Program-made: the position numbers and the translations under genes
DNA from: Saccostrea echinata
Lineage: Eukaryota
Length of the DNA: 64,000 nt
NCBI RefSeq assembly: GCF_033153115.1
Contig: NW_026889759.1
Coordinates: forward strand, 868,001 to 932,000
Reading direction: 5' to 3'
Part shown: positions 50,616-64,000 of the stretch, piece by piece
How the letters are laid out: each line of letters begins with the position of its first letter
How positions within the stretch are numbered: the first letter of the stretch is position 1
Notes under the pieces: model-generated
Seen by the model: the letters and a program-made list of their open reading frames with translations, nothing else
Database searches by the model: none
What the model was told of the DNA's origin: nothing

Positions 50616-53600
50616 CTACTCGTATATGATGTAAAAGTAAATAGACTGCGTTTGTTTATGACAAATTAATTAAGCCTTATCGCCAAGTATAATTTATTTT
50701 TGAACGTATCATTGGACTGATTTCGCTGAAATCTAATTAAGATTGCAGAGAGAGAATATTTAAACCACAAAGCAACAGCAACATATTTGGTCTTTGTTCC
50801 CAAAAATGCATGAAATGTGTACAATTTACACTGTTTTGTGTAAGAGGGATATGGGCTACATCAACACCTACTCTCACCCCCAAAATACTCAATGTGCCCC
50901 CTTTTTGCAAAAAGTATCCTGCTCTTTCAACAGTCAACTAATTATTGAGACAATTACATGTACAACTTTCCTGAAAAAAAAAATAATTAGTAAGCTTCAT
51001 AAATTACCCATGTAAAAAAAATCAATCCTGTGTATATTTTCATTAATTATCATTCCGGACACATAAGTGAAAGTCTGCTTAATCAGACGTAAAGTTTGTC
51101 CATGTAGTAGGTCACTTATGCTGCAGTGGGGAGATCTTATCTGCACCTTTAGAACTTTGCACATATTGGAGATGCCCATACACATAATGCCCGCAAGTGC
51201 ACACATATTCGTAAACATAACAGGTAGACGTTGCAGTTGTGTTCTCTGTATTCCATCATGCATTTAAATGTATATCTAATTACAAATCCCATTGTTATTG
51301 AACCATTATATTGTCTAAGTAGTTAAAGTGACAGTACGGCGCATCTCATCGAAAAACTGGCTTGATAAAATTTTCCAGCAAGATTTGGAATTTTTTACCA
51401 CTCATAAATGATAAACTTTCAGAAATTTACAACTTTCACAATTAAATAATTTTGATTACTTCATTATAATTAATAGTTATTTATGGGACATAAATATATA
51501 CATCGCAACGTGTTCGGGGTTTCACATATCATGCTATGCACACATGCGTAGTTTCCATAAACAAGACAGCATGGTAAGAGAGGGAAGCCCGGTAGGCCTG
51601 CTACATTGACAATGTCGACCAAAACGAAAAAGAAACTGAAAATAGAGCTTGAAAAAGCAACTTTCCTGACTAAAAGTTAGTTTGAGGATTAATATAATCG
51701 TTGGATAAGGAAGAAACGGTAACTCGGCGACGCTCACGCAGGGCTTTCGAAGGTTCTACTCGACAGGTTTGTTGATATTTGTTATCATTTCTCATTTTTC
51801 CATCGCTTTCAAAGAAAAAAAATAGTGTAAACTCAACATAAAAATACATCTATGACTTATAAACATTGTTGCCATTTGAAGTGTTAATTTTTTTTAACTG
51901 TGCAGAAAAATATTTTGTTTGACATTTGCCGCGATAACGTATGATTTGGTGGTTTTTCCTTTCTCGGACCCACATACACAAAACGTCAACATTTTACTTT
52001 TAATTCTTTTAAATTCGCCTGAAAGCAGACTAAAATCTTTAAGATTATTATTTTATCAGAAAGTTATGATAATTTGCATTTGAAAATTGCTTTTACCTTA
52101 TATTCATTATAATTGTAAAGGCTACAGTGTAGGCACATGCCGTTTTAGAATTCACGTGGTACAAATAAATAGATCTAAGATTGCTCCAGTTCGTACGACC
52201 CTTGATTTTCCGGCAGATTCTAACTCCGTTAATTTTGTATTAGGAGAGAATATTTCTGTTTCTCAAACTGCTTACATCAACTTTATACCTTAATTATTTC
52301 TTAATGATATATTGGGTAAATTTGAATGAAAAAGCATACGTTTTGCAGCCGTACTGTCGCTTTAAACGTGTTTATGCATTGTTATATAATCACCAGAATA
52401 CCTTCAGCTTTTCTCAACATGCTGAAGAAATGACGTATTTAAGCTATTTTATTAGCGAATTACCTGTCCTAAAAATAGAATACATGTACATGCACGATGT
52501 AAGAACACATATCGGAATTGGCATGAATACTGCAGTGAAAATGCATACAACGAAATTAACATGACAGAACAAAGTTGACTACAGAGCGATTGTAGACTAT
52601 CGTCAATAATTATAATTTCTTCAAAGTAAGTTTAATGAGGAACTATTTTCTTATTCGCAATACCCATTTTCCTTGACGGCTGTTTGTCAATTGCATTTTC
52701 CCCACGCGCTGACTATGAGGAGTTGACTAAATAGACTCCCAAAAGTAATCTGTTTATTTAAAGTGCACGACCCTTTTACATATATTAAGGCTGGGGTTGA
52801 CCTGGTAAAATAGGCGGAACTTATCTCCATCTCTGTCAGTGAAGCTGATAAGAACTGCACTGAGCTAATAAGCTTTGTTTACAAATTACTGACAGGAATA
52901 TTCTGATCCATTTTGTACGTCATTAAATAAACATAATGTATAACTGAAATATGCGCACACTTCTATCAATCTATATGATTATCATTGATCAATTAATTTT
53001 GAAACAATTCGATCTACTGTGTAAACACATGTACATAAAATAAATACAAATAATCAGAACAATTCAGAAGAACAGAAGAATTCATTTATGTGATTCTCAT
53101 TAAAAAAAATACAGTTTTATGTTATCATCTTTTATTGTAGAAAAAATTGTGTGGGAATTTTATTTAAGACAACAAAGTATATACTGAAAAGAAACATTTT
53201 ATGTATATATTTATTTTCTAAATAGCAGCATATTTACATTAAATGATTTTATCACTAACACCCAAGGAGGCACTATCGCATGCACTACAACAGTATTAAA
53301 TTTTAGCGTCATATGATTCTCGGTGCACTACCATGATTACCAATTCAATGTTTATTCTGTTTTATTTGCATTTGTTTTAACAAACTGATCCATGTTACTA
53401 CATGTAGATTCCAGCCATTGGTCGATGTCCAGAGAGGAATGTCATTTTTTTTCAAAGCAGTTAATAGAGTACGTATACTGACTTAATTGTTTTCAACTCT
53501 ATTTATTTCAATATTTAAAACAGCTTATCCAATGTTTATTCAGGCTCTGGGCCGGTATTACCTGTTAATGTTACCGTTGTAACGAACATTTTTTTTTCTA

Positions 53601-56600
53601 TACGTTAATCAATTTAGAGGTATTTAGATAATTATTTTAACTATATGATAAATGTCAGGTTGCAAACATGTTTATTAGTTTGACCATTTCCACGAATTTT
53701 ACGTTTTCTGGAAACTGCATATTTTACTAAAATCCACGAACATTGAGAACCAAGAATATTATTTAATGAGATCACACTACTGCGTATTTAATCACTAAAA
53801 TGACAAAAATAGTTTTTCAGGCATATTTTTCTTATTTGCATAATATTGCTTGAAGAAAAATCTCAACACCAAGTTTAAATAAAATATATTAACATTAATT
53901 TAAATATGTTTTATTGAATAAATCAATAAGTTTCAGGGAAAAGGCTAAGTTTATATATACCCTGTCCGTGTATGATAGGTCAAGAAAAGACAAGTAATGA
54001 TACTTGTACATGATAATAAAATATACTAATATTCACAATCAAGTTTCACACTAATCAGTATTATGTAAAAAAAAAAAAAAAAAAATAGATAATGATCCCT
54101 ATATTATATATAAATTATTCACTTACTATTCAGCTCTAATATAAAAATTGAAGAAAAAATTTAATATTACAGCATACTTAATTTTATCTCTTGGTAGATT
54201 TTATAAATTCATGTTCCTTTGAAAAAAATTCACAATTTGTTTTATAAGAATATTAACATTTTCTTCTCAACAGTGTCGATTTATAAATAAACAGGAAAAG
54301 TGCTTTCGTTGAAATCAAACACTAATATATAAAACTTTTATCTTGATGTAGTCTATATAGCAAGTTTGATTGATAAAGACCAAAACAGTAGGATGATCAT
54401 AAAATTAAACACATTATTCCATTGAAAAAATATTGCAACACCATTCATCGATGTAAAAACTAGAACAAACTTTCATTTTGCTCTCGTATCATGTAAATTT
54501 TGATTTTAATGGGTGGATGTAAACTTATACAAAAATTCTTTCTCAACAACGACAAAATTAACAACAGTAATCTACCAGCGTACTCACCTACTAGGAAAAT
54601 AGCTCTTCTGTAGAGACAGTAACAGGTTGAAAAAAAAATTTCTTGACTAACAAACAGCAAGACAGACAGACAGAAACATCACCATCGCATGTCAAGCTCT
54701 TCTGGCCAATAGCTGGTTCAGATAAGCTTGGACCTCAAACAGCTACCAAAAAATTTAGTACATGAACATACATAAAGGGTCTTACCTGCAATGCATTTCT
54801 ATGTTCTCTTAAATTTCATGTTGATAACTCCTTTTGTGGAATCATGATGTCAAATTAAAACAAGATATGTGTGTGAAACACTGATGCTCCCATATTGCAG
54901 CTCATAAACAGGTTTATGTCTTCTGATATATCTAATAAGGTTATAATTGTTAGGTTCTTAATAAACATTTTCATATATATTCACAAATTTTACAATTTTA
55001 ACTTGAAAGTTGAATAACCCGATTAATTTGAAATACATGTAATTCCGGACCTCTATGAAACACGTCCGTTCTATGTGATGTACTTTTAAAAAAATACTAT
55101 TTATATAATTGAAAGAATTAATTCTCAAATTAAACGTGTAAAATTGTAAATATATGTGGTTAAGTGGTAATAATAATATGAAAGATAGGCAAGTTAATCA
55201 TAATCTGACATTCTGTGAAATAAAAATGTGACCAAGACTATTCTGTCTTAAAGGAGTTATGAGTATAGATCTCTCAATCCGATTATCTCAAAATCTGACA
55301 ATTACATGTATAAATAATCGTGTAATTTTGTTTTATTCAAGCAATATAGCGGTCAAATGCTCTATGTAAACACAAACTATCTGCACTCTTATTGATAGTA
55401 AAAGAACGAGGGCGCTTTTGATTGACATTCGGCAGGAATCAGGGCGCATTTGAAAAGTGAAAACTTTATTGAACTGTAAAATTAAATTTTAACATTCTTT
55501 TGATGTATCATGTTCCTATGAAATAGGTAAGGAAATCATTTCCCCAATAGTGTGTTTTGATTTCCTTAGAAAAAACTTTTGAAACGTGAGTTGACTAGAT
55601 GCGTCATTTGGTACAAAATATTACATTTTTAAACACGTTTTTCTAAAAATTTATCTCTGGGTCATCTCTCCACGATTTTAAAAAGACATTTTTGTGCATT
55701 TGTATTCAAAGAAACGAACAAACATTTGTTAAAAAAAAAAATACCAATGTGTAAATGCGCAAGTTGCTTCTTTGTCATTTTAAGTTAATTCCCGTGTGTT
55801 TGTGTAGCGATGATAGCTCAGTAGAATAAATTACCAGTCCAACGCACTAAGGAGTCGAGAAGTTTTTGAAATTTCATTTCATATATCATACCCTAATATC
55901 TTGTTAGGTGTTTATTATTCATGTGAAGTATTACTGTGTTATCGTAACTATTAAAGAGGAATTCTCATAAGAACACTTATCTCTTAAATTTAAAAATCAA
56001 TGAAAATTTCACAGAATCAAGAAGACAATATCACTAAGTGATGGTATCAGTTGGATTAAATTTGACCGTTTTATATTAGAGACAAGGTCAGGTCAAGGTC
56101 AGTACCTTTTCCCTGGACATTAAGAATAAAAAATTACTGTTGCTGTCACAATTTGTGATAATGGCATGGAAATATTCCCTCGCTGTAACCAAATCTTTGA
56201 AAAAGAACAAAGAGTACGTGCAAACAAGTTTATTATAGTGCTAAAAAAATGTAAAGAACATCCTGACACCTGCACACACACAACACGCACACCTACAACA
56301 CTCGCAAAAATAATAATAAAAAAAAAAAACAACAAAATATTAATAATAAACAAAAAAAAAATAATGATAGTATCAATATACCGACTATAATAGCGTCATA
56401 CCAGACCCGACAAATGTTTCGTTGCCATGTGCGAATAAAATCAAAATCGGAAACACTGACTGTCGAGACCACAGAGGTTGACCCAAGACGTTACCGTATA
56501 CTGTTCATAGACACACAGTCGTTGTTTACTCATGGAATTACGGTTACGACATTGTCCAAAGGTCACACGTCCCTCTAGCCTTCAACGCCTTAGTACTTAA

Positions 56601-56637
56601 GATTTCCTCGAATGTCTCAGTATGCCATAATGTTCAC

Positions 56638-56910
56638 GTCGCCCGCGTGGCGCAGTGGTTAGAGCGTCTGCTCTAGAGTCGCGAGGTAAGGAGTTGATCC
56701 TTACGTCGCGGGTTCGAATCCCTTCGGATGAGACCGTATAAATCGAGGTCCCCTGTCGCAGTAGGTGTTGGCACGAAAAAGACCCCTCACTGCTCAATGG
56801 CCATAAGTGCCGAGCATAGGACAAAATTTGCAGCTCTCCACCGGCAAGTGGTGGCGTCTCCATATGAGTGAAAAATTCTCGAGAGGGACGTTAAACAACA
56901 AACAAACAAA
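56638..56910 (+). mobile_element. tRNA-derived SINE
   Basis: A box TGGCGCAGTGG, B box GGTTCGAATCC, (AAAC)n tail; TSD CATAATGTTCAC (56626-56637) / CATACTGTTCAC (56911-56922). Confidence 0.88.
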
Positions 56911-57073
56911 CATACTGTTCACCTGCTACTTCAAACACGCACATACACAGCTGGTCACCTATAATAACACATTATTTAAACGTCTGGGTTTCCATAGCCG
57001 GTAATAAACGCATTCATACGGAATACTTGAATATGTCGGGTACATTATCTAGTACAAATAAAACTTAACTTAA

Positions 57074-57845
57074 AGGTGCATAGACACAGATTTGAAGTTT
57101 ATACTTTCTCAAATTTTCTGTATAATATCACAACTTATATGTTGCTATAGCATTTCACACGAACTTATTTAATCTGGAAATTATTGAAACTACGAATTTC
57201 GGGAGGCGTTTGATAAACACATCCTTGCACTTTCACAATTTTTAACTTTATCCTTAATACTTAAGAAAAGTAGCAATTTTGTTGTGTATTAATGAATAAT
57301 ATTACATCTATAATCCAGAAAATTCAGAGTAAAAATGTGCAAAAGCAAAACCCACGCACTTAAGTATTGTCAGCCCGTGCTCAGTGTTGTGCAGTTGTGT
57401 TCAGAGTTTAACAAATTGAATACACCCGTGAAACGTAAACTGTTTGTGTAAACAGGGCACGAGCTCTGTTGTTGTTAATGTTTACGTTTCACCGGGTGTG
57501 TTCAATTCTTAAACTCTGCACACACCACTGAGCACGGACTGACAATACTGGTGAGAGGATTTTGCTTTCAACATTTCTAATCTGAAATTTCTGCACTATA
57601 GTTTTAATATTTTTCATTAATAAACAACAAAATTGCTACTTTTCTAAAGTAATAAGGATAAAGTTATTGTGAAAGTGCAAGGATGTGTCTATCAAACGCG
57701 TTCAGGAATTCGAAGTTTCAATAACTTCCAGATAAAATAAGACTTTTATCAAGTTTTCGTATGAAATGCTATAACAACATATAAGTCATGAAAGTATACA
57801 GAAAATTTGAGTAAATATTAACTTCAAAACTGTGTCTAAGCACCT
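57074..57845. mobile_element. Kolobok-like foldback MITE (~770 bp, ~370-bp arms)
   Basis: TTAA|AGGTGCATAGACACAG..CTGTGTCTAAGCACCT|TTAA; arms complementary almost to the centre (~57455). Confidence 0.8.
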
Positions 57846-58921
57846 TTAACAAAGTAACGAAATAATAACTTTTTCTTAAAATAAAAAAATTTAAAAAAAA
57901 CCTAGCTAACAAAATATACAGTTCAAACTCACCGCTGCCAAAGTTCTCAAAATTACTCTACTGTCCACACAGGAAAACTCGAACACACAAACCATTCAGG
58001 TCAAATGCACGCAGCAATTTTTCTCTCGACCACATAGGTCATACAACATTTTTACTTAGGAAGGACCCACCTTCTCACTTCTACGGCCTGCTCAGAACTA
58101 ACTTACACGTAGACAAATTGTTAAAACCGGTCTGAAAGCCGTGACCGGCTATCGATGAGTATGAACCTATGGTACACCATAACCAACATAATCACATTAA
58201 ACAAAATTGTGATAGTTGCCAATCATGCGATGCCTACTTCTATTTCAATAGATTAAATGTTTTTCTTTATTGGGTCTATAAAATGATATTACCAAATTGA
58301 CATAAATAATTTAACTAAAATGATATTGGCTAATCCGAATTTTCTCTACTTTTCTTAAAATTTTAAGATATTTTAGTTATTTTTATATGCTTCCTATATT
58401 TAAATTTTTCTTATTTTCACATATGGTAAAGTTGTCACAAAAAGATACAAAATGATATAAAAACAAAAAGTTTTGACCGTTTACTAAGAGAGAAAAAACA
58501 CTTTTTACGAATTTTTGGCTCAAATCTGAACTTAGATTGGAAGCTTTTAAAAGCTAACATAATTGTAGTTTGTTTGGAAAATCATATTTATTCGATATAT
58601 TTTAAAACTTTAGTTCCTTATCATTAATTTAACTTGCATTTAAAAATTTTCTCCAAGTTTTTGATTGTGTAAAAATTATAACTAAATTCATTGTTCTATC
58701 ATTATTTTGAGATGCAGAAAAGAAGATATTTTCATACGCCGCCATTCCACCAAAAATATAGTCCCTGCTAGATTTCAAACTCAGTTTACCATTTCTATTT
58801 AAAGTTGTACAATTGTGATGAGGAAAGAAAAATATGATCTTTTAAATCTCTTACATCTAAATATATAAAACATATAAGCAAATTTATTCTGTTTTATTTG
58901 CATATTACATGTATATGTTTT

Positions 58922-59541
58922 AACAAGCTAATTCAGAGAATTTGTGTCCCCCGCTTAGGGAAAAAAGAAGAGCATGCGCACTTCGCATGCTCTCCGCTCC
59001 CTGGATTTGCAGAATTTTTAAATGTATAAATGTATATTTAATTATTTATTAATTATTTAATATGTGTATAGAAGATTCTCTTTATATAGAATATTTATCA
59101 CAATGTAATAATGATTTAATATTTACACGCCAGAAGTTATAACTTTTTCATTTCATATGTTGAATACTATCATTAAGTAAATCAAAAACATTAAAAAAAA
59201 AATTTAAAAAAAACAACAACCGGGATCGTCCGGGATTTGAACCCGGGAAACTCATTTACTAAGCAAGAATCATACCCTAGACCAAAAAGGCACTTGATTA
59301 CACATCAGATTAAATGCAAACATTAGGTCACATATAATGTTTATATTCACGTTCGATATTGTCAAAATTTTACACAATACATGGTGTCTAATTTAGCCTT
59401 TACTAAACAGTTCTAATAGATGTAATTAGAATATAAAGTCCGCCGACAACCTGTATTATATGTAATAACTCTCCACATTCCCCTTTGCTAAAAACAGTGC
59501 TAAGCAACTTTTAATACAATAAAAAAGACGGGTCGGGACAC
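58922..59541 (+). mobile_element. HINE-like element carrying a tRNA-Pro-derived sequence
   Basis: 5' AACAAGCTAATTCAGAGAATTTGTGTCCC; inverted GGGACAC near 59535. Confidence 0.4.
59222..59291 (-). pseudogene. tRNA-Pro-derived pseudogene
   Basis: Minus strand GCCTTTTTGGTCTAGGGTATGATTCTTGCTTAGTAAATGAGTTTCCCGGGTTCAAATCCCGGACGATCCC matches eukaryotic tRNA-Pro (TTGGTCTAGGGGTATGATTCTCGCTT..CCCGGGTTCAAATCCCGGACGAGCCC); anticodon arm disrupted. Confidence 0.75.
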
Positions 59542-59764
59542 TTTGAGAGGGGCGATAGAGGCCATAGGGAGTTATGGTATAAATTTTCATTGCAAAAACT
59601 CAAAAGCTTCTAAAGATATCACCCTAAAACATCAACCGATGGCTGTAACACTTTCGTTTCCGGGCAAGAAGCTTCTGAGCTTTTGCAATGAAATTTTACA
59701 CCATAATTTTTTATTTATTTATTTATTTATTTATCGTATTAAAAGTCGCTTGGCACTATTTTTA

Positions 59765-62700
59765 TCACAGGAGCAGGTGACAAGTTTCTTGTTTGGAGAC
59801 AACATGAATGAGAAGATAAAGAAAATGGATGCTTCAAGGAAAGTGGGAAAAAGTTGAATGTTTATCAACATTTCACACCAACACAGGGTTCGAAATTCAC
59901 TATATACAACTCGCAAAACGCGAGTTAGAGTTCCCAAATTGCGAGTTAAAAATTAGGTAACTCGCAAAAACTTGCGGGTTGATTTTTTTTCTTTGGGAAA
60001 AAATTCCCCCTTCTTTAAATATCAGCATGGCTACTTTTTTTGTTTAAACGGCAGTTGAAAGAGGATGCTGAAAACAAATGAACAGTACCAACAATGATGA
60101 TCATGTGTTTTATTTGAAATTTTTAAAAAAAATAATAGGTATGGGAAAAGGGTTAAATATAACCCTCGGAAAAAAACAGTTGTAAATGACTTATTTGTGA
60201 AGCTTTATGATAAAATTTGTAAGAACTTTGTCACTTTATAATAATAGATGTATAAATACAGTACAATAGGTTAAATTCCTCATATAACAGTTGAATTATC
60301 AAGTGAGAAAAAAAACATGCAATGAAACTGTAGCAAAATTATATAATATGACAGAACACAATGCTAAAATAACATTACATAGTTTAATCAGTAATTTAAA
60401 TAAAAGTCACACTTTAGTTGTAATTTGCGTATTGTACAGTAGTTACTTTTTCCTTAAGTTACATGTACATGTATTTAATTTTAATTTTATAAAGGCTTTT
60501 ATATGAAAATTGCGAGTAGTCTTATAAAATTGCGAGTTCACTTTCTTGGTACTCGCAATTATTTCCGAGTTGTAATTTTAGGGAGTTTCTAACCCTACAA
60601 CATCAAGAAATGTTAATCATGGAAAAGGATGTGGGGGAAATCACTACAGAGAATACACACAATATAGTGGGCCAAAACAAACAAACAGCAACAAAAAAGG
60701 AAACAAACAACAGCAACAACAACAATCTTTTTTTAGGGAGAAGCAAGGGCAGGAAGCCAATGCCAAACAAAAAGTAGACTAATCCCTGCCCGCAGTAGAA
60801 AAACCAGATTAGATCATTGTGTAAGTAGTTATAGTAGTGAAGAGAAATTCACAGAAAATGCTTTGTTTGAACTTCCAGTTGATGTGAACAATTTACTAAA
60901 TGTTCCTCAAAATTTTAAAGGAGGAAAGATAAGTGAGTTTTATGAAAACTGGAAATGTATAACCTCTGACAAGTGGATATAAGACACTGTTTTAAGATAT
61001 AAAATTAAATTTGATACCATGCCTCAACAAAATAGAGCTAAACCTGAAACTAGATTTAGTGATGAAGAAACTCAGCTTGTAAATGAAGAAATTTTGAAAC
61101 CAGAAAAGAAAAATGTGGTACAGAAAGTAGATAGATGTGAGAATGACTTTATCTCAAACATTTTTCTTAGACCAAAAAAGGATGGTTCACACAGACTCAT
61201 TTTCAATGTGAAAGAACTGAATGAAGATACCCCATATCACCATTTTAAAATGGACACTTTTCAATCCGCATTACGTATGATGAAAAAAGACTGTTGGTTT
61301 GCATCAGTTGATTTAAAAGATGCATATTACTTAGTTAATGTAAACAAAAACTTTCGCAAATTCCTACGCCTTGTATGGAAGGGTCAGTGCTACGAATTCA
61401 CTGCATTGTCCATGGGATTAACAAGTAGTCCAAGAGTCTTTACCAAGCTTTTGAAACCTGTCTTTTCAGTGTTACACAAACATGGATTTTCAAGTTTGAT
61501 TTACATAGATGACACATTTTTGCAAGGAGAAAATTTTGAAGAATGTCAAGAAAATGTCCAGAAAACTGTTTCAATGTTGGACAATTTGGGGTTTACCATT
61601 CACCCAGAGAAGTCTGTGTTGGTACCAAAACAAAGCATATCATTTCTAGGATTTTTGCTAGATTCTCAAAAAATGACAATTTCTCTAACACCAGAAAAAG
61701 CAAAGGACATAATTCAAGATTGTGAAAAATTACTTCGTAAACATGAAATTTCAATTCAAGAATTTTCCAAAGTCATTGGAAAATTTGTGGCTGCTTAACC
61801 AGCAATTCCATATGCATCATTACATATAAAAATTCTAGAAATAGAAAAGAATAAGCATCTTCAAGAAAACCACGGACATTTTGATGGGAAATTCATCTTG
61901 TCAAGTTGTGCTAAAAAAGAACTTACTTGGTAAATTGATAATACAGAAATGTGTAAAAGTTATCCACCATTGTCTAATCCCCAAATTGTTATCCAAACAG
62001 ACAGTTCTAAACTAGGTTGGGGTGGTTTGGTTCCCAATACAAAATGAAAAGCAGGAGGACATTGGTCTTATATTGAGCAGAGATCACACATTAATGTTTT
62101 AGAACTAAAAGCAGCTTTTTCAACTCTAGAATCATTTTTAGTTGAACAATTTGTGTAAAGGTATGTGGGAATGGTGCATTTCTAGAAACATTTGGATAAG
62201 TGCTACACATGTACCTGGTGTTCAAAATGTGCAAGCTGATAAACTCTCAAGAAAACTCAGTGATGATTTGGAATGGATGCTCAACAAAGATATCAGTCAG
62301 AAGTACTCCTTAAGCAGAGCAATAGACCTGTTTGCATCAAGAATTAACAAACAATTACCAAAATATGTTGCATATTTACCTGATCCAATGGCAATAGCTG
62401 TAGATGCTTTTTCCATTCCTTGGAGTAATCATTTAATGTATTTGTTTCCTCCTTTCAGTACTCTACAACAAGTCCTACAGAAGATAGAAATGGATCAAGC
62501 AGAGGTAGTGTTGATAGCACCCCTGTTTTCGAATCAGTGCTGGTTCCCAAAGTTACTGAAACTGGTGGCAGGTCAGTGTTCTACATCATTCCAAAGAAGA
62601 AAGGTACATTAATTATGCCGACAGTTTTTGCACGTCTTCATCCTCTGAGCAAAATGAGGCTAGGGTGTTTCCGATTATCAGGAAACTCCTCCAAGACAAA

Positions 62701-63000
62701 AACTTATCAACAGAAGTTATCGACACTATTACCTCGTCCTGGCGGAAGTCAACAAGAATTCAGTATTGGACATTGTTATTTTGTGAGCGAATCCAAAGTG
62801 ATCCATTTACACCCCCTATAAATGTAGTGCTGGAATTCTTACAATCTTTAGCAAATAGAAACTTAGGTTATAGTGCTATTAACACAGCAAAATTAGCACT
62901 GTCAAGTTTTTTGTCTTTAGGTGATGTTAAGCTGGGTTCCAATCCATTAGTTCAAAGATTTATGAGAAGGACTTTTGTCAAAAAACCCAAATCTACGTAG
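59765..63000 (+). mobile_element. Decayed DIRS1-like tyrosine-recombinase retrotransposon (gag remnant, RT, RNase H, MT-like domain, YR N-terminus)
   Basis: LFGDNM..K (gag-like); FLRPKKDGSHRLI, SVDLKDAYY, GLTSSPRVFTK, IYIDD (61019-61798); IQTDSSKLGWG, HINVLELKA, HVPGVQNVQADKLSR; IDLFASRIN..DAFSIPW..YLFPPF; SSWRKST..LGYSAINTAKLALS. Stops and frameshifts present. Confidence 0.9.
59884..60597. mobile_element. hAT-like MITE with 5-bp TSD inserted in the DIRS gag region
   Basis: CAGGGTTCGAAA..TTTCTAACCCTA; subterminal ACTCGCA/TGCGAGT repeats; CAACA at 59879-59883 and 60598-60602. Confidence 0.7.
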
Positions 63001-64000
63001 ATCTTGGCGCAAAATATAATAACGCAAAATGTTATAATCCCAATTTATTACATTTTGCGTTGTTATTACATTTTGCGTTGTAAAAGACCGTAAATATTTT
63101 TCGAAGCCTTCAAGGAGCTAATACCCTCGAGTGCCCAGTAGTCGTGCTCTTAAGAGAGTATCTGTGCTAAGTACAATTAAATAAAAACTGTGAGTTTTTC
63201 ATGTGATATTTTATCTTACCGTGTTATTGTCAAATTTACTTGTAATTCAAAATACTTTAAAGCGCTTTATTAAATTCATTATCGAGGCACAAAGTAAGTG
63301 AGGTTTACGTCGGCCATATTTCTTTGGACCAGTAGTCGTGCACTTGGATGTAGCAGCAAATATGGGCTAAGAAAAATAAAAACAGAGTTAGAACAAATTC
63401 ATGGTGACTAAGATTCTATTCTTCATGGATCAATTTATTTGATTTAATTATGTTTTCGATTGGTTTTTCTAAAATAAGTCTTTCATCACTCTTTCTATAC
63501 ATGTATTCCTACGTGTTTCAGTATAACGACTATATACAATTTTTATCAGGTCACATTTTATAATGCTTGACCAAAGTAAAAAAAAATGAAATACCCAGTG
63601 ATCATCACTTATGATTTTGCTCGTCATGTCTATAGGTGGCGCTTCCGCGCAGGAAAAGTATATATTTAAAAACTGTAACAAGTGCTCAAGGGCCTTAACG
63701 GTCTCCTGAGTACAATACAACAATTTAGAAGCTTTGTTGCCCAAAAGCAAGAAAAATAGTATGATTAACATCAACAAAATAATTGGTCTTGTATCTGTCT
63801 GTCCCCCATTTATCACTATTACCATGGAGACTATTAACAAAATGTCCATTTTTTAACCCCATATTATTACTTCTCACATTGGCCTCTCTTGGCCTTTGAA
63901 GAACATTTACAAAGATAAGTTATTTTTGTCTCATTTTTATTTATCTATTATTTTCAAGTCTACCTGATCATTAAAACTGAGAAAGTACTTTCTGTATTAT

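Noticed and set aside
56638-56722. Functional tRNA gene
   Set aside because: SINE head with no proper acceptor stem, continuing into SINE body and tail.

Overview
AT-rich, repeat-dense animal genomic DNA with three N gaps (8531-8672, 25682-25886, 38709-38884). The repeat complement (HINE/Helentron elements with a ~166-bp Cg170-like satellite, pearl/CvA-like elements, a tRNA-derived SINE family, Naiad-type Penelope fragments) points to a bivalve, probably an oyster; this is inference. The only well-supported host gene is a vesicular acetylcholine transporter (VAChT/SLC18A3/unc-17) with an intronless CDS on the minus strand (13077-14726). In other animals VAChT sits in the first intron of ChAT, so this is probably the 5' part of the cholinergic gene locus, but I recognised no ChAT coding exon here. 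The most interesting signal is the ~180 nt at the VAChT 5' end. It holds a strong splice acceptor, an overlapping out-of-frame uORF with an internal phase-0 donor, a 13-nt GT..AG segment whose removal would fuse uORF and VAChT, and apparent VAChT N-terminal homology upstream of the first AUG. The rest is largely nested, decayed mobile elements: an L1/Tx1 insertion with a 108-bp duplication, a Ginger-like element in a SINE, AcademH-, Kolobok- and hAT-like MITEs, an L2/CR1 endonuclease ORF, a DIRS element and a cluster of short hairpin elements.
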